This document shows, piece by piece, positions 22,163 through 30,848 of a stretch of DNA of 64,000 nt; position 1 is the stretch's first letter; the number at the start of each line of letters is the position of its first letter. Position numbers and translations under genes: made by a program. This stretch comes from an uncultured Candidatus Binatia bacterium (lineage in GTDB: Bacteria > Desulfobacterota > Binatia > Bin18), in assembly GCA_965200965.1 (NCBI GenBank), contig OZ241744.1, positions 2,816,001 to 2,880,000 of the forward strand, in the 5' to 3' direction. The notes under the pieces were generated by a model. The model had not been told where the DNA came from. It ran no database searches and worked only from the letters and a program-made list of their open reading frames with translations.

Positions 22163-23763
22163 TCCTGGTCCTCCTTATTCGCTTCGTCAAACAGAAACGG
22201 CAGTCCTTTCGGTCTACGGAGCCGCCCCTCAAACAGCCCCTCGGCCTTGACCCGGGCGCGGTAGCGGTGAATGGCCGGGCAGGGCAGGGTGGCGGTTGCG
22301 TCTTGCAGGATGCGGCGGGCGTGGTCAATCACGCCGTCTTTGCGGTTCATCAGCCACGCCTTTCGGATGCGCTTGCGTTTGTCGTCGTTGTCGGCCTCAA
22401 ACTCGGTTTGCAGGTCGTCAAAGAATCGGGCGTCAACGATTGCGTCCAGCCTGTCCGACCAGGGATTTGCCAGCGTGCGGTGCTCCGAGCTGGTCTTGTC
22501 ACCCTCACCGCGGGCGGCAAACGTTGCGATAGCGCGGCGCACGATGCTCTTCACAGTGCCAATCTGCTCAATACGCTCTTGGGCGAGGTCGCCCAATTCC
22601 TGAGCCTGTGCACTGTTGCGGCGCAGCATAGCTGTTCTGGCCTTGCTCCTGATGGGGATGATGCGTTCGTGATAGCCTTCGGTCATACCCTGCTTTCTGG
22701 TGTTGCATTTTAGACTTCGGGCGACGAGTTGCATCGTTTCCGGGGAATGCTGTTCAGACGGTGTTGGCTTCAGCAGGACCGGGTGTTCCCAGTCGGCCGA
22801 GATCAGGTATTTCTTCACCAGATCATAGGTAAAACCCTTTGGGCCGATATTGAGAGCTTCGCCCTTTGTCGTGTTGATGGGGGTCCACGGGTCGCCTGTA
22901 CGCCCTTTGATCTTCTCTGCCTCAATTCGTGTCGCGTCCGAGTTTGCCTTGAGGCCGCTGAGCTTGCCGTCCGTCCCGAGGCGCAGGCGGACACGCCGGC
23001 AGACCTCGATGTAGTAGGGGGCGAGTTCGACCAGCGGCAGTTTCTCCGCCTTGGTCCCATCCCAGGGGATGGTCCAGAGTAGGCCGATATCGCCATTGGT
23101 CAGAGAGAGATCATCCATCCGTTCCAGTAGGGCTATGATATCCCGCCGGGCGTGCGCACCCGGTCGTAGGGAGGGTGTGAGGCTGAACGCTGGGCGTCCA
23201 GAATAAGCGCTCTTGAGCCTAGAAACAGAGTAATTGCCACGACCGTTCTGAGCCGAGGTAGTTTGCAGGGTAATCAGCGCAAACAACCAAGCGTCTACGC
23301 TTGCCTCGGTCGCCACCTCCGATTTGAGGTCGTGGTTCTTGGACGTGACCAGCATATCCAACTTGTCTGGAGTTGGGAGAATGTTCTTTTTGTCCTCCTC
23401 GGCTCTCTCGTAGGTATCGGCCTTGTCTGCGGAGGCCGGCGGCTGCATGAAGGCCGGTTCTGTGATGTCATTCACCACTACCTGCCAGGGTTCGTCGTCT
23501 GGATAGTCCGGCGTCAGTCCACGGATCAGGGCCACCCACTCTGCCGCGTTCTCCGGTGGTTCACCGCGGCCGGCCCGGCGCAGTGCCATCACCCCGAGCT
23601 GGACGAGAAAGGCGTGCCAGGCGTGACGCTGGTGGGGGCGCAGTGCGGGAAAAGTGTTTACCTCGTCCTGCATCAGCGCAGCGAAGATCTCCGGCAAGGA
23701 GACCTCCACGCCCGCGCCTGCCGTATCCATCCGAATCAATGGTTCCGTGAGAATGTTGAGCAT
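22159..23763 (-). CDS. cas8e: Type I-E Cas8e (Cse1/CasA)
   Basis: MLNILTEPLI start, FPALRPHQ..WHAFLVQL, AFMQPP, EVCRRVRL, GDPWTP. Confidence 0.92.
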   Translation of the reverse strand: MLNILTEPLIRMDTAGAGVEVSLPEIFAALMQDEVNTFPALRPHQRHAWHAFLVQLGVMALRRAGRGEPPENAAEWVALIRGLTPDYPDDEPWQVVVNDITEPAFMQPPASADKADTYERAEEDKKNILPTPDKLDMLVTSKNHDLKSEVATEASVDAWLFALITLQTTSAQNGRGNYSVSRLKSAYSGRPAFSLTPSLRPGAHARRDIIALLERMDDLSLTNGDIGLLWTIPWDGTKAEKLPLVELAPYYIEVCRRVRLRLGTDGKLSGLKANSDATRIEAEKIKGRTGDPWTPINTTKGEALNIGPKGFTYDLVKKYLISADWEHPVLLKPTPSEQHSPETMQLVARSLKCNTRKQGMTEGYHERIIPIRSKARTAMLRRNSAQAQELGDLAQERIEQIGTVKSIVRRAIATFAARGEGDKTSSEHRTLANPWSDRLDAIVDARFFDDLQTEFEADNDDKRKRIRKAWLMNRKDGVIDHARRILQDATATLPCPAIHRYRARVKAEGLFEGRLRRPKGLPFLFDEANKEDQE

Positions 23764-23945
23764 ACGTCTGCTTTCCCTTTCAGTCGCTTCTGGTCAGAAG
23801 CGTGTCTGTTCTGTACCCTTACTCGCATCGCCCCGTATTGAGTCTGCAACGTCAGGGACGCAGGAGAGGGGAGGACAGCGCGAACAGCGGCAATATCCGG
23901 TATCACCATTTCCACCAGGGCTTCGGTAGCCTTGTTTTGTTTCAT
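23736..23945 (-). CDS. 69-aa ORF of unknown function between the promoter and cas8e
   Basis: Strong RBS (AAAGGAG-AAAAA-ATG) just downstream of a TTGACA promoter; no family recognised. Confidence 0.45.
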   Translation of the reverse strand: MKQNKATEALVEMVIPDIAAVRAVLPSPASLTLQTQYGAMRVRVQNRHASDQKRLKGKADVCSTFSRNH

Positions 23946-23973
23946 TTTTTCTCCTTTCTTTTAGACATAGACA

Positions 23974-24001
23974 TTGAAACACAAAAATTAGATGTTAGAC
24001 T
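23974..24001 (+). promoter_or_regulatory. Divergent promoter for the mini-array
   Basis: TTGAAA, 16-nt spacer, extended -10 TGtTAGACT, ~17 nt upstream of the first degenerate repeat. Confidence 0.5.
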
Positions 24002-24013
24002 TGGATTTGTCAA
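23985..24013 (-). promoter_or_regulatory. Sigma70-type promoter for the small ORF and Cascade genes
   Basis: TTGACA (24013-24008), 17-nt spacer, TAATTT (23990-23985), in an AT-rich gap. Confidence 0.75.
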
Positions 24014-24018
24014 GCTTT

Positions 24019-24101
24019 GATTCCCCGCACGGGGATAGACCGTTTTGTGTTGCGATGTCAAACATCGTGCTCAAATTTCCCCGCACACGCGGGGTTGTCC
24101 T
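24019..24101 (+). ncRNA. Mini-CRISPR / crRNA-like regulatory RNA (CreR/CreA-like)
   Basis: Degenerate repeat TTCCCCGCACGGGGATAGACCG, ~31-32 nt spacer, degenerate repeat TTTCCCCGCACACGCGGGGTTGTCC. The spacer matches 23986-23968 on the minus strand. Confidence 0.85.
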
Positions 24102-24127
24102 GTGGTGTCCGGGGCTGTGGCGGTCCA

Positions 24128-26941
24128 TTACATCCGACGCAGTCCCAGACGGTCGTATTGGAATCGGGCGTCACCGAGGCGGAAGGTGAAGCCGCCGGCG
24201 GTCAGCTCGGGCGCGACCGGCTCGTCGCTGGCCAAGTCACGCGCCAGATGGTTGGGAATGGCTATCTGGGAGATCGTTTCGCCGGTGAAAGGGCTGGACG
24301 GGGCCGGCTCTAACTCAACCGCTATGCCCTCATCGCCCAGCCGCGTGCGTATCTTCTCTTCCAGAGAGCCAAAAACCACGTCCTGGTTGTCCGTGAAAAA
24401 GGACTTATCGCGCCGGACGATGGCGCTCCGGGCGGTCAAGCCCTCGGCCAATTCCGCCCCCATCATGCTGTTGGCGTGATCCCGCCAAGCGTCGCCCAGC
24501 TCTGTGGTAATGGCTTCCAACGCCTCGGGGTGGGTCGTTCGTTCGACCAGCTCCCGGTTCATCTCCGGGATGCGCCACGGTCTGGCGTTCTCGGTATGCT
24601 CTACGATCAGCCGTCGCGTAGCCTCCAGGATGCGCAGGTCCTTATACACATGACCGTGCGGCCCCAAGCCGTTTCGGCCCGGCCCTTGAGGAGTGAACGT
24701 GTCATCAGATTGACCGGAAGGCGACACATTGACTCCTTTTGCCAGCAGGGGCGAGAGATCGGCACCCGCCGGCAGCAGCACGACGCAACTCGGCGTCTCA
24801 TAGCCGGGCGGGCGATCGTGCCGTTGGTGTCGGTGCAGGCGGCCAATTCGTTGAAGCAGTACGTCCATCGGGCACAGGTCGGTTATGAGCAGGTCGGCAT
24901 CAATATCGAGGGACTGCTCCAGGGTCTGGGTCCCCACAATAATGCGCCCGCCGGCCGGCCGGTCTTTGCCGAGTTGCTCTTCAACCGCTCTGTCGAGGTG
25001 GCGGCGGTCACTGGCGGCGAACCGGCCGTGGTGGAGGGTGGGAGTGCCGTTGCAGGCGTACAGCAGGCCGCGTTCGTCAGACAGGGCCGTTTTTTCCAGG
25101 GTCTGCTGGGTGTTGATCGCGTGGCCGACTGTGTTGCGAATGACCAGCACCTTCGCCCCGGTGCGGGCCGCGTGCAGGGCGCGTTCGGCCACCTGAGCGA
25201 AGTCATCCATAGCCGTGGCCTCAATCTGTACCGTTTTTTCTTTGCCAAAGATGAACCGTGTCGCCGTCCTCTCGTTCGGGTAAGACGATTTATCTTCATT
25301 GTGAGCGACGGCGATCATCTGTTCACCACCGCCGGCCTGGGTTGTGACCGCGGGGTAGGGGGCGGTGATGGTTTCACCGAGTGGCGGAAGGTCCTGCAAA
25401 CCGGATACCCAGCGACGACGTGCCACCGCACCTAGCGTGGCCGACATCAGCACCGCGTAGCCGCCGGCCCCGATATGGGCGTCAAGCAGAGCTTTGAGAA
25501 TGGCCCGCATATACGGGTCGGAGGCGTGGACTTCATCCACGACCAGCAGGTGACGCGCCAGGCAGGCGGCGCGCAGATGGGCGTGTTTCACCTTGAGGGC
25601 TGCCATCATGGCCTGGTCTACCGTGCCCACGGCAATTTGCGCTGCCAAGTAGCGCTTGGCGCTTTCGGCGGCCCAGCGGCGTTTTCCGGTGGCGACACCG
25701 GGATCATCGTCCCACCAGACCTCGTAGTTCGGCAACTGCCGACCCTCGGCGGTGCCGGCGCGCAGATAGCCGGGGACGGCTAACACCGGCTCCGGTCGGT
25801 GTTTGTTAGGGAACAGATTGGCAATGAAGCGCGTGACGCGCGCGTGCATCTGGCTGGCCGCGGCCCTGGTCGGCAGGGCAAAATACAGCCCGTCCACCAG
25901 TTCGGCCTGATACAGTTGGGCAAAGCGCCACAGGGCGGCCTCGGTTTTCCCAGAACCGGTTTCGGACTCGATGATGACCAGCCGCTCATCCGTCGGGACC
26001 GCCCTTACCACCTGCTGGACAGGGTTGGGCGTGGCATTGGGAAGGCTGAACAGCGGGCCGAAGTCGGGGAGAGCCGGCAAGGAGTGCGCGTGTCGCCTTC
26101 CGGTCGATCTGATGACATGTTCACTCCTCAGGGTGCGAAAAGCGGTCCGCTGACTTTTCAGGTTCAGCCCGATTTCCGAAACCGCCCGCTGGGCGTTTTG
26201 GCGCGCTGTGCTGATGTAGTTGTCGCGCGGCTCGGCGCAAAACGGAAAATTGCGCTCATCGGAGCCGATCCAGTCGGCCAGTATGCACAGGCCCAGAAAC
26301 ATATGCTGGAAGGCGGACGTGGACGGCAGGGGCGGCGCATCGGGACTGAAGGCCAACGGGAACCAGTGGCGCACGAGCTGGCTGATGCGCTCCACATGAC
26401 TTTTGGGGTGCAACTTGCCAAAGTCACGCCATACTTTGGGGTTGGGGTGTCGCACGCCTAGTTGCAGGGGCGAGCCGTGATGCGACAGCGCAGCGATGAA
26501 CAACCCGCACACGGTCTCGCCCTCGCCGGCGTCCCAACTCAGCAAATCATCCCACCAGCCCAGGGCGTCAAAGAACCAAGCGGATGTTGTCGCATCAGTG
26601 CCATTCAGGACCGGCGTCAGGTCGGCGATGTGACCGGCGCGATGTGGCATTTTCTTGTCCGCTGGCGCGTCCGCGGGCTGCCAGATCTGCGTCTGAAAGC
26701 CGATGTTGACCTTACCGATGTCGTGGAGGGCGGCAAAGACGGCCAGCCGCGCCGCGGTTGCGTCGTCCAGCCTGTCCAGCCCGCCGGCCCGCGCCAGGCC
26801 TTGCCCGATGGTCGGCTGCTCCAGCAGGGCCTTAAAGCAGACCCCCACATCGGCCATGTGGTGCTCTAACAGATGGATACGCTGTGGGTTTTCTCGGTCC
26901 GATTTTGCCCAGAAGGCCCGGGTGTAGGCTGTGGCTGTCAT
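24128..26941 (-). CDS. cas3: Cas3 HD nuclease/helicase
   Basis: FWAKS, HDIGK, LADWIGS, ETGSGKTE, DEVH, MSATL, QSLDIDAD, QRIGRLHRH. Confidence 0.98.
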   Translation of the reverse strand: MTATAYTRAFWAKSDRENPQRIHLLEHHMADVGVCFKALLEQPTIGQGLARAGGLDRLDDATAARLAVFAALHDIGKVNIGFQTQIWQPADAPADKKMPHRAGHIADLTPVLNGTDATTSAWFFDALGWWDDLLSWDAGEGETVCGLFIAALSHHGSPLQLGVRHPNPKVWRDFGKLHPKSHVERISQLVRHWFPLAFSPDAPPLPSTSAFQHMFLGLCILADWIGSDERNFPFCAEPRDNYISTARQNAQRAVSEIGLNLKSQRTAFRTLRSEHVIRSTGRRHAHSLPALPDFGPLFSLPNATPNPVQQVVRAVPTDERLVIIESETGSGKTEAALWRFAQLYQAELVDGLYFALPTRAAASQMHARVTRFIANLFPNKHRPEPVLAVPGYLRAGTAEGRQLPNYEVWWDDDPGVATGKRRWAAESAKRYLAAQIAVGTVDQAMMAALKVKHAHLRAACLARHLLVVDEVHASDPYMRAILKALLDAHIGAGGYAVLMSATLGAVARRRWVSGLQDLPPLGETITAPYPAVTTQAGGGEQMIAVAHNEDKSSYPNERTATRFIFGKEKTVQIEATAMDDFAQVAERALHAARTGAKVLVIRNTVGHAINTQQTLEKTALSDERGLLYACNGTPTLHHGRFAASDRRHLDRAVEEQLGKDRPAGGRIIVGTQTLEQSLDIDADLLITDLCPMDVLLQRIGRLHRHQRHDRPPGYETPSCVVLLPAGADLSPLLAKGVNVSPSGQSDDTFTPQGPGRNGLGPHGHVYKDLRILEATRRLIVEHTENARPWRIPEMNRELVERTTHPEALEAITTELGDAWRDHANSMMGAELAEGLTARSAIVRRDKSFFTDNQDVVFGSLEEKIRTRLGDEGIAVELEPAPSSPFTGETISQIAIPNHLARDLASDEPVAPELTAGGFTFRLGDARFQYDRLGLRRM
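24689..24737. repeat. 49-bp palindromic element, in frame in cas3
   Basis: AGGAGTGAACGTGTC...GACACATTGACTCCT; related copies at 26080, 61462 and 62620. Confidence 0.85.
25248..25296. repeat. Diverged 49-bp palindromic element, in frame in cas3
   Basis: AAGATGAA...TTTATCTT inverted ends and GTGTCGCC core; ~29/49 ungapped identity to the 61462 copy. Confidence 0.55.
26080..26128. repeat. 49-bp palindromic element, in frame in cas3
   Basis: AGGAGTGCGCGTGTCGCCTTCCGG...GACATGTTCACTCCT; opposite orientation to the 24689 copy. Confidence 0.85.
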
Positions 26942-26971
26942 GGTGTTTCTCTCTCCGCGGTGTCGGTGTCT

Positions 26972-28222
26972 CTACAACTTGCCCGCTGCCCGCAACTCCC
27001 TGACCCGGGCTTCCTGCATAATCACCCCGTCCTGGTACAGGGCGGCAATCTGTTCGTCGGTACAGGCCAGGTAGTGCCGGAGGACCTCCTCGTTGTGCTC
27101 GCCCAGAAAGGCGGCTCGAAAAGGAATGGCGACCTGGGCGGCGGACAGACGGAAGGGCGCTTTGGCAATCGGGGTCGGCCCCAGCAGCGGATGCGGTATG
27201 TCCTGAAAAAAGTCGCGGGCCTGGAGTTGGGGATGCTGGGCGGCGGCCGGGATGTCAAGAATCGGAGCGGTCGGAACCCGGGCTTCTTCCAGAACTTTCA
27301 GCGGTGTTTCGTCGTCATCAAAACCTTGCAGCCAGTCCTCAATATGTTTGCGGACCTCGGGCCGATGCTGACAGCGCCCGATTTGCGTTGCGTAGCGCGG
27401 GTCGGTCGCCAACTCGGGCTTGCCCATCGCCTTGACCAGCGACGGCCATTGGTGCTCGGCAACGGCAAGGACGATAGAGCCGCGCCTGGCCTTGTAGACG
27501 CCGTAGGGACAGATATTAAAAAAATCGCTGCCAAAACGGTGGGGTTGAATAGCGCCCTGACTCATCAGGAAGAGTGGGAAATTGATGTAGTCGAGATAGA
27601 CCAGGGATTCAAGCTGCGAGATGTCGATATACTGGCCTTCCCCGCTCATGGCGCGGTGGAACAGGGCCGCGCAAATCCCCAGCGTGCCGTGAATCCCGGC
27701 GTTTGGGTCGCCGAAATAATTGCCGACATAGGTTGGCGGGCCGTCCGGCTCGCCCGTCATGGCCATCACTCCGCTCTGTGCCTGGGCAATAATGTCGAAG
27801 CTGGTGTGTTGCGCATACGGCCCGTCCTGGCCGTAGCCCGACACCGAACACATGATGAGACGCGGATTCAGGATTTTGAGCGAGTCATAGTCCAGGCCGT
27901 ATTTTGCCATCACCCCGGGGCTGTAGTTTTCCACGACCACATCAACCCGCCGGACCAGCTCGCGCACAATGTCGAGCGCCTTGGGCTTGTGGAAATCCAC
28001 GCACAGGCTTTTTTTGCCCGCGCAGGCCGACAGGAAGAGCGCGCTTTGGCCGTGCTCAACCAGGTGAATTTTGCGTCCCAGGTCACCGTCGGGCGCGCGT
28101 TCGATTTTGACCACCTCGGCCCCGAGGTCGGCCAACAGGCGGGTGGCCGAGGGCCCGGCCAGATACTGGGTGAAATCGAGGACGCTCACACCAGTCAACA
28201 GCTGCGTAGCGGCATGTGTCAT
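26972..28222 (-). CDS. Class III CoA-transferase (CaiB/BaiF family)
   Basis: VLDFTQYLAGP, GAEVVKIE, ENYSPGVM, SVSGYGQDGP, LGEHNEEVL. Confidence 0.95.
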   Translation of the reverse strand: MTHAATQLLTGVSVLDFTQYLAGPSATRLLADLGAEVVKIERAPDGDLGRKIHLVEHGQSALFLSACAGKKSLCVDFHKPKALDIVRELVRRVDVVVENYSPGVMAKYGLDYDSLKILNPRLIMCSVSGYGQDGPYAQHTSFDIIAQAQSGVMAMTGEPDGPPTYVGNYFGDPNAGIHGTLGICAALFHRAMSGEGQYIDISQLESLVYLDYINFPLFLMSQGAIQPHRFGSDFFNICPYGVYKARRGSIVLAVAEHQWPSLVKAMGKPELATDPRYATQIGRCQHRPEVRKHIEDWLQGFDDDETPLKVLEEARVPTAPILDIPAAAQHPQLQARDFFQDIPHPLLGPTPIAKAPFRLSAAQVAIPFRAAFLGEHNEEVLRHYLACTDEQIAALYQDGVIMQEARVRELRAAGKL

Positions 28223-28347
28223 AACACCTCCTTCAAGGTAGACGATTGTCGCTTCTTCCTACTCAACCCGGGCCGGAGCGGCAAGTTTGTCTGGCCTTCG
28301 GTTGACTTTTCGCGTCCATCCATTTTGAATAAAGCGGGAGGAGGAAC

Positions 28348-29334
28348 ATGACCATGCTGATTCGTTCTCGCCGCGGCTGGGAGATGCCGCAACGCCTGGC
28401 CACCCCGGAAGATGTGTATGTCAACCGGCGCAGGTTTCTCCAGGCCGTGGGGCTTACCGGCCTGAGCGCACTTGGCCTTGGGTGTGAGAGCCGGGCCGAA
28501 AGCCAGGCCGCCGCCGAGTTGGGCGCGCTTCGGGGTCTGCCCGCGCCCAGCCCGACCGCGGACCTGTATCCGGCCAAACGCTCTGCGCGCTATACGCTGG
28601 ACCGGCCGCTGACCAGAGAAACCGTCGCCGCCACCTATAATAATTTCTACGAGTTCTCACCCCGCAAAGAACACGTTGCCCGCCTGGTGTCCAGTTTTCA
28701 AACCCGCCCGTGGCAAATTGAGGTGGCCGGCCTGGTCAGGAAACCCCGGACCCTGGATATTGATGAGCTCGTCCGCCTCATGCCGCTTGAAGAACGGCTG
28801 TACCGCCATCGGTGTGTCGAAGCCTGGTCTATGGCCGTGCCCTGGACGGGGTTTCCGATCTCGGCTTTTCTCGATCTGCTTGAACCCCTGTCCTCGGCCA
28901 GATTCATGCGTATGCTGACCTTCAACAAGGTTGACCAGGCCCCGGGGATGCGGGATAGGAGCTACCCCTGGCCGTATTTTGAGGGCCTGAGCCTGGCCGA
29001 GGCGAGCAACGAACTGGCCCTCTTCGTGACCGGCATCTATGGCCACGAGTTGACCAAGCAGCACGGCGCACCGATTCGACTCGTCGTGCCCTGGAAGTAC
29101 GGCTACAAGAGCATCAAGTCGATCGTGCGGATTGAGTTCACCGCCGAGCAGCCGGGCACATTCTGGTCGTCTCTTATTCCGTGGGAGTACGATTTTGCAG
29201 CCAACGTCAACCCGGCGGTGCCCCATCCCCGCTGGTCGCAGGCGTATGAGCGGGTAATCGGCACCGGCGAGCGCCGGCCGACCCTGGCCTATAACGGGTA
29301 TGCAGAGTTTGTGGCCGGTCTGTACCGGACCTGA
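28348..29334 (+). CDS. msrP: Protein-methionine-sulfoxide reductase catalytic subunit
   Basis: Tat motif NRRRFL; YNNFYEF, RCVEAWSM, HGAPIRLVVPWKYGYKSIKSI, HPRWSQA. Confidence 0.95.
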   Translation: MTMLIRSRRGWEMPQRLATPEDVYVNRRRFLQAVGLTGLSALGLGCESRAESQAAAELGALRGLPAPSPTADLYPAKRSARYTLDRPLTRETVAATYNNFYEFSPRKEHVARLVSSFQTRPWQIEVAGLVRKPRTLDIDELVRLMPLEERLYRHRCVEAWSMAVPWTGFPISAFLDLLEPLSSARFMRMLTFNKVDQAPGMRDRSYPWPYFEGLSLAEASNELALFVTGIYGHELTKQHGAPIRLVVPWKYGYKSIKSIVRIEFTAEQPGTFWSSLIPWEYDFAANVNPAVPHPRWSQAYERVIGTGERRPTLAYNGYAEFVAGLYRT

Positions 29335-29339
29335 TGCGC

Positions 29340-30287
29340 CTAATGCGCAAAGGTCTCAATCGCATTGCGCACCGCCTCTCCATAGCTCTCGCCGCCAACC
29401 GGCGACGGGTTGAAGATCGGCATCTGAATCCCGGCCTCTTGAAACGCGGCCAAGCGCTCGCGGCAGCGGGCCGGCGGCCCGATCAGGCACAGATCATCGG
29501 CCATCTTGTCCGACACAAAGCCACTGCCGTCACCCGCGAGCAGGCTGGCCGCCTCGTCCTCATAGCCGCTGTCGTGAAACAACTTGTTATAGAACGGCAG
29601 GCCGCCATAGAACATCAGGCTCTGTTTGGCCGTCTCCATTGCCGTGGCCATATTGTCGTGAATACAGGTGATGAGGCCGGTCGTCACATCTATCTCAGCA
29701 ATCGAACGGCCGGCCCTGGCCGCGCCTTTTTCCAGGGCGGCCAGGGCGGTCGGCAGCCGGCTGGTCGGACACAGGTAGAGCATCACCCCGTCGGCCAGCT
29801 CGCCGCTGAGTTGGACCGTGCCCAGGGCCAGCGCACCGATATAGACCGGAATGCCATAGCTGGCCGCCCGGGGTTGCATCGCCATGCCGGGGATTGTTTT
29901 GCCGGCCGCCACATCGCGCAGCGCACTGATATAGGTGCGCAGAAAATGGCGTGGCTTGTCCATTTTCTCCTGGTAGACGCCCTCAACAATAGGTCTATGG
30001 CTCACCCCGAGTCCGAGAATCAGGCGGCCTTTTGAGGTGTCGTCAATAGCAACTGCGGTCTGGGCGCACAGGGCAGGATGGCGCAGATAGATATTGGCGA
30101 TCCAGGTACCGACCTTAATTTTTGTGCTTGCTTGGGCCATGATCTGGCAGTTGATGAGGGAGTCGTTCATAAACTCCGGCGAAAAAATTGCCTCAAACCC
30201 GGCCGACTCGGCATGACGCGCCATGTCTCGCAACTCGCTGAAACTGAGGCCCGACATGTTTGCGGCAACAATTCCTCGTCTCGCCAT
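29340..30287 (-). CDS. LLM class flavin-dependent oxidoreductase
   Basis: AESAGFEAIF, GRLILGLGVSH, GELADGVML. Confidence 0.9.
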   Translation of the reverse strand: MARRGIVAANMSGLSFSELRDMARHAESAGFEAIFSPEFMNDSLINCQIMAQASTKIKVGTWIANIYLRHPALCAQTAVAIDDTSKGRLILGLGVSHRPIVEGVYQEKMDKPRHFLRTYISALRDVAAGKTIPGMAMQPRAASYGIPVYIGALALGTVQLSGELADGVMLYLCPTSRLPTALAALEKGAARAGRSIAEIDVTTGLITCIHDNMATAMETAKQSLMFYGGLPFYNKLFHDSGYEDEAASLLAGDGSGFVSDKMADDLCLIGPPARCRERLAAFQEAGIQMPIFNPSPVGGESYGEAVRNAIETFAH

Positions 30288-30487
30288 AAATCCGTCCTCC
30301 TTTTTTCATGCCTGTATGACCGGGCAAGTGTTCCATACAATTGAGGCCTCTGCAATGTGACGTTTCCCAAGGATGGAAATACCAAGTGTACTTTTCGTCT
30401 CAATAATCTCTTGCTTTATGTGCGGCTTTCTAGTAAGCGGTCTTGGAACTTGTTGAGTGCCAAACCAGATAGAAGGGAGAAAGACGT

Positions 30488-30841
30488 ATGGCAGAAGGGG
30501 TCGTGAGGTTGCAGAAACAGGCCGCCCGAATCCTGGCCAGTTTAGAAAAAGAGATTGCCAGAAAAGAAAAGGAAATAGTCGCTCTCCGGGAAGAGGTCGA
30601 TATCTGCGTGCAAATTCTGGGAAAGCAAGCCCCCCAGGCTCCGGCCGAAGCCCCAGCCAAAAGCGCGCCTCGGAAACGGATCGATTGGGCCGCGGTGCTT
30701 GACAGCTTGCCGGACCACTTCACTGGCAAAGACGTGGCGGACAAGATCAAGAAGCCGCCGGCCGCGGCCTACACCCGACTCTACCATATGGTAAAGACGG
30801 GTCGGCTGAATCGGACCGAGGACGGATACGAGAAGGTATAG
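30488..30841 (+). CDS. Hypothetical protein (coiled coil plus probable winged helix)
   Basis: RBS AAGGGAG, N-terminal coiled coil, C-terminal [10 protein letters not shown]...[10 protein letters not shown]...GYE pattern. Confidence 0.7.
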   Translation: MAEGVVRLQKQAARILASLEKEIARKEKEIVALREEVDICVQILGKQAPQAPAEAPAKSAPRKRIDWAAVLDSLPDHFTGKDVADKIKKPPAAAYTRLYHMVKTGRLNRTEDGYEKV

Positions 30842-30848
30842 GAGCTCA

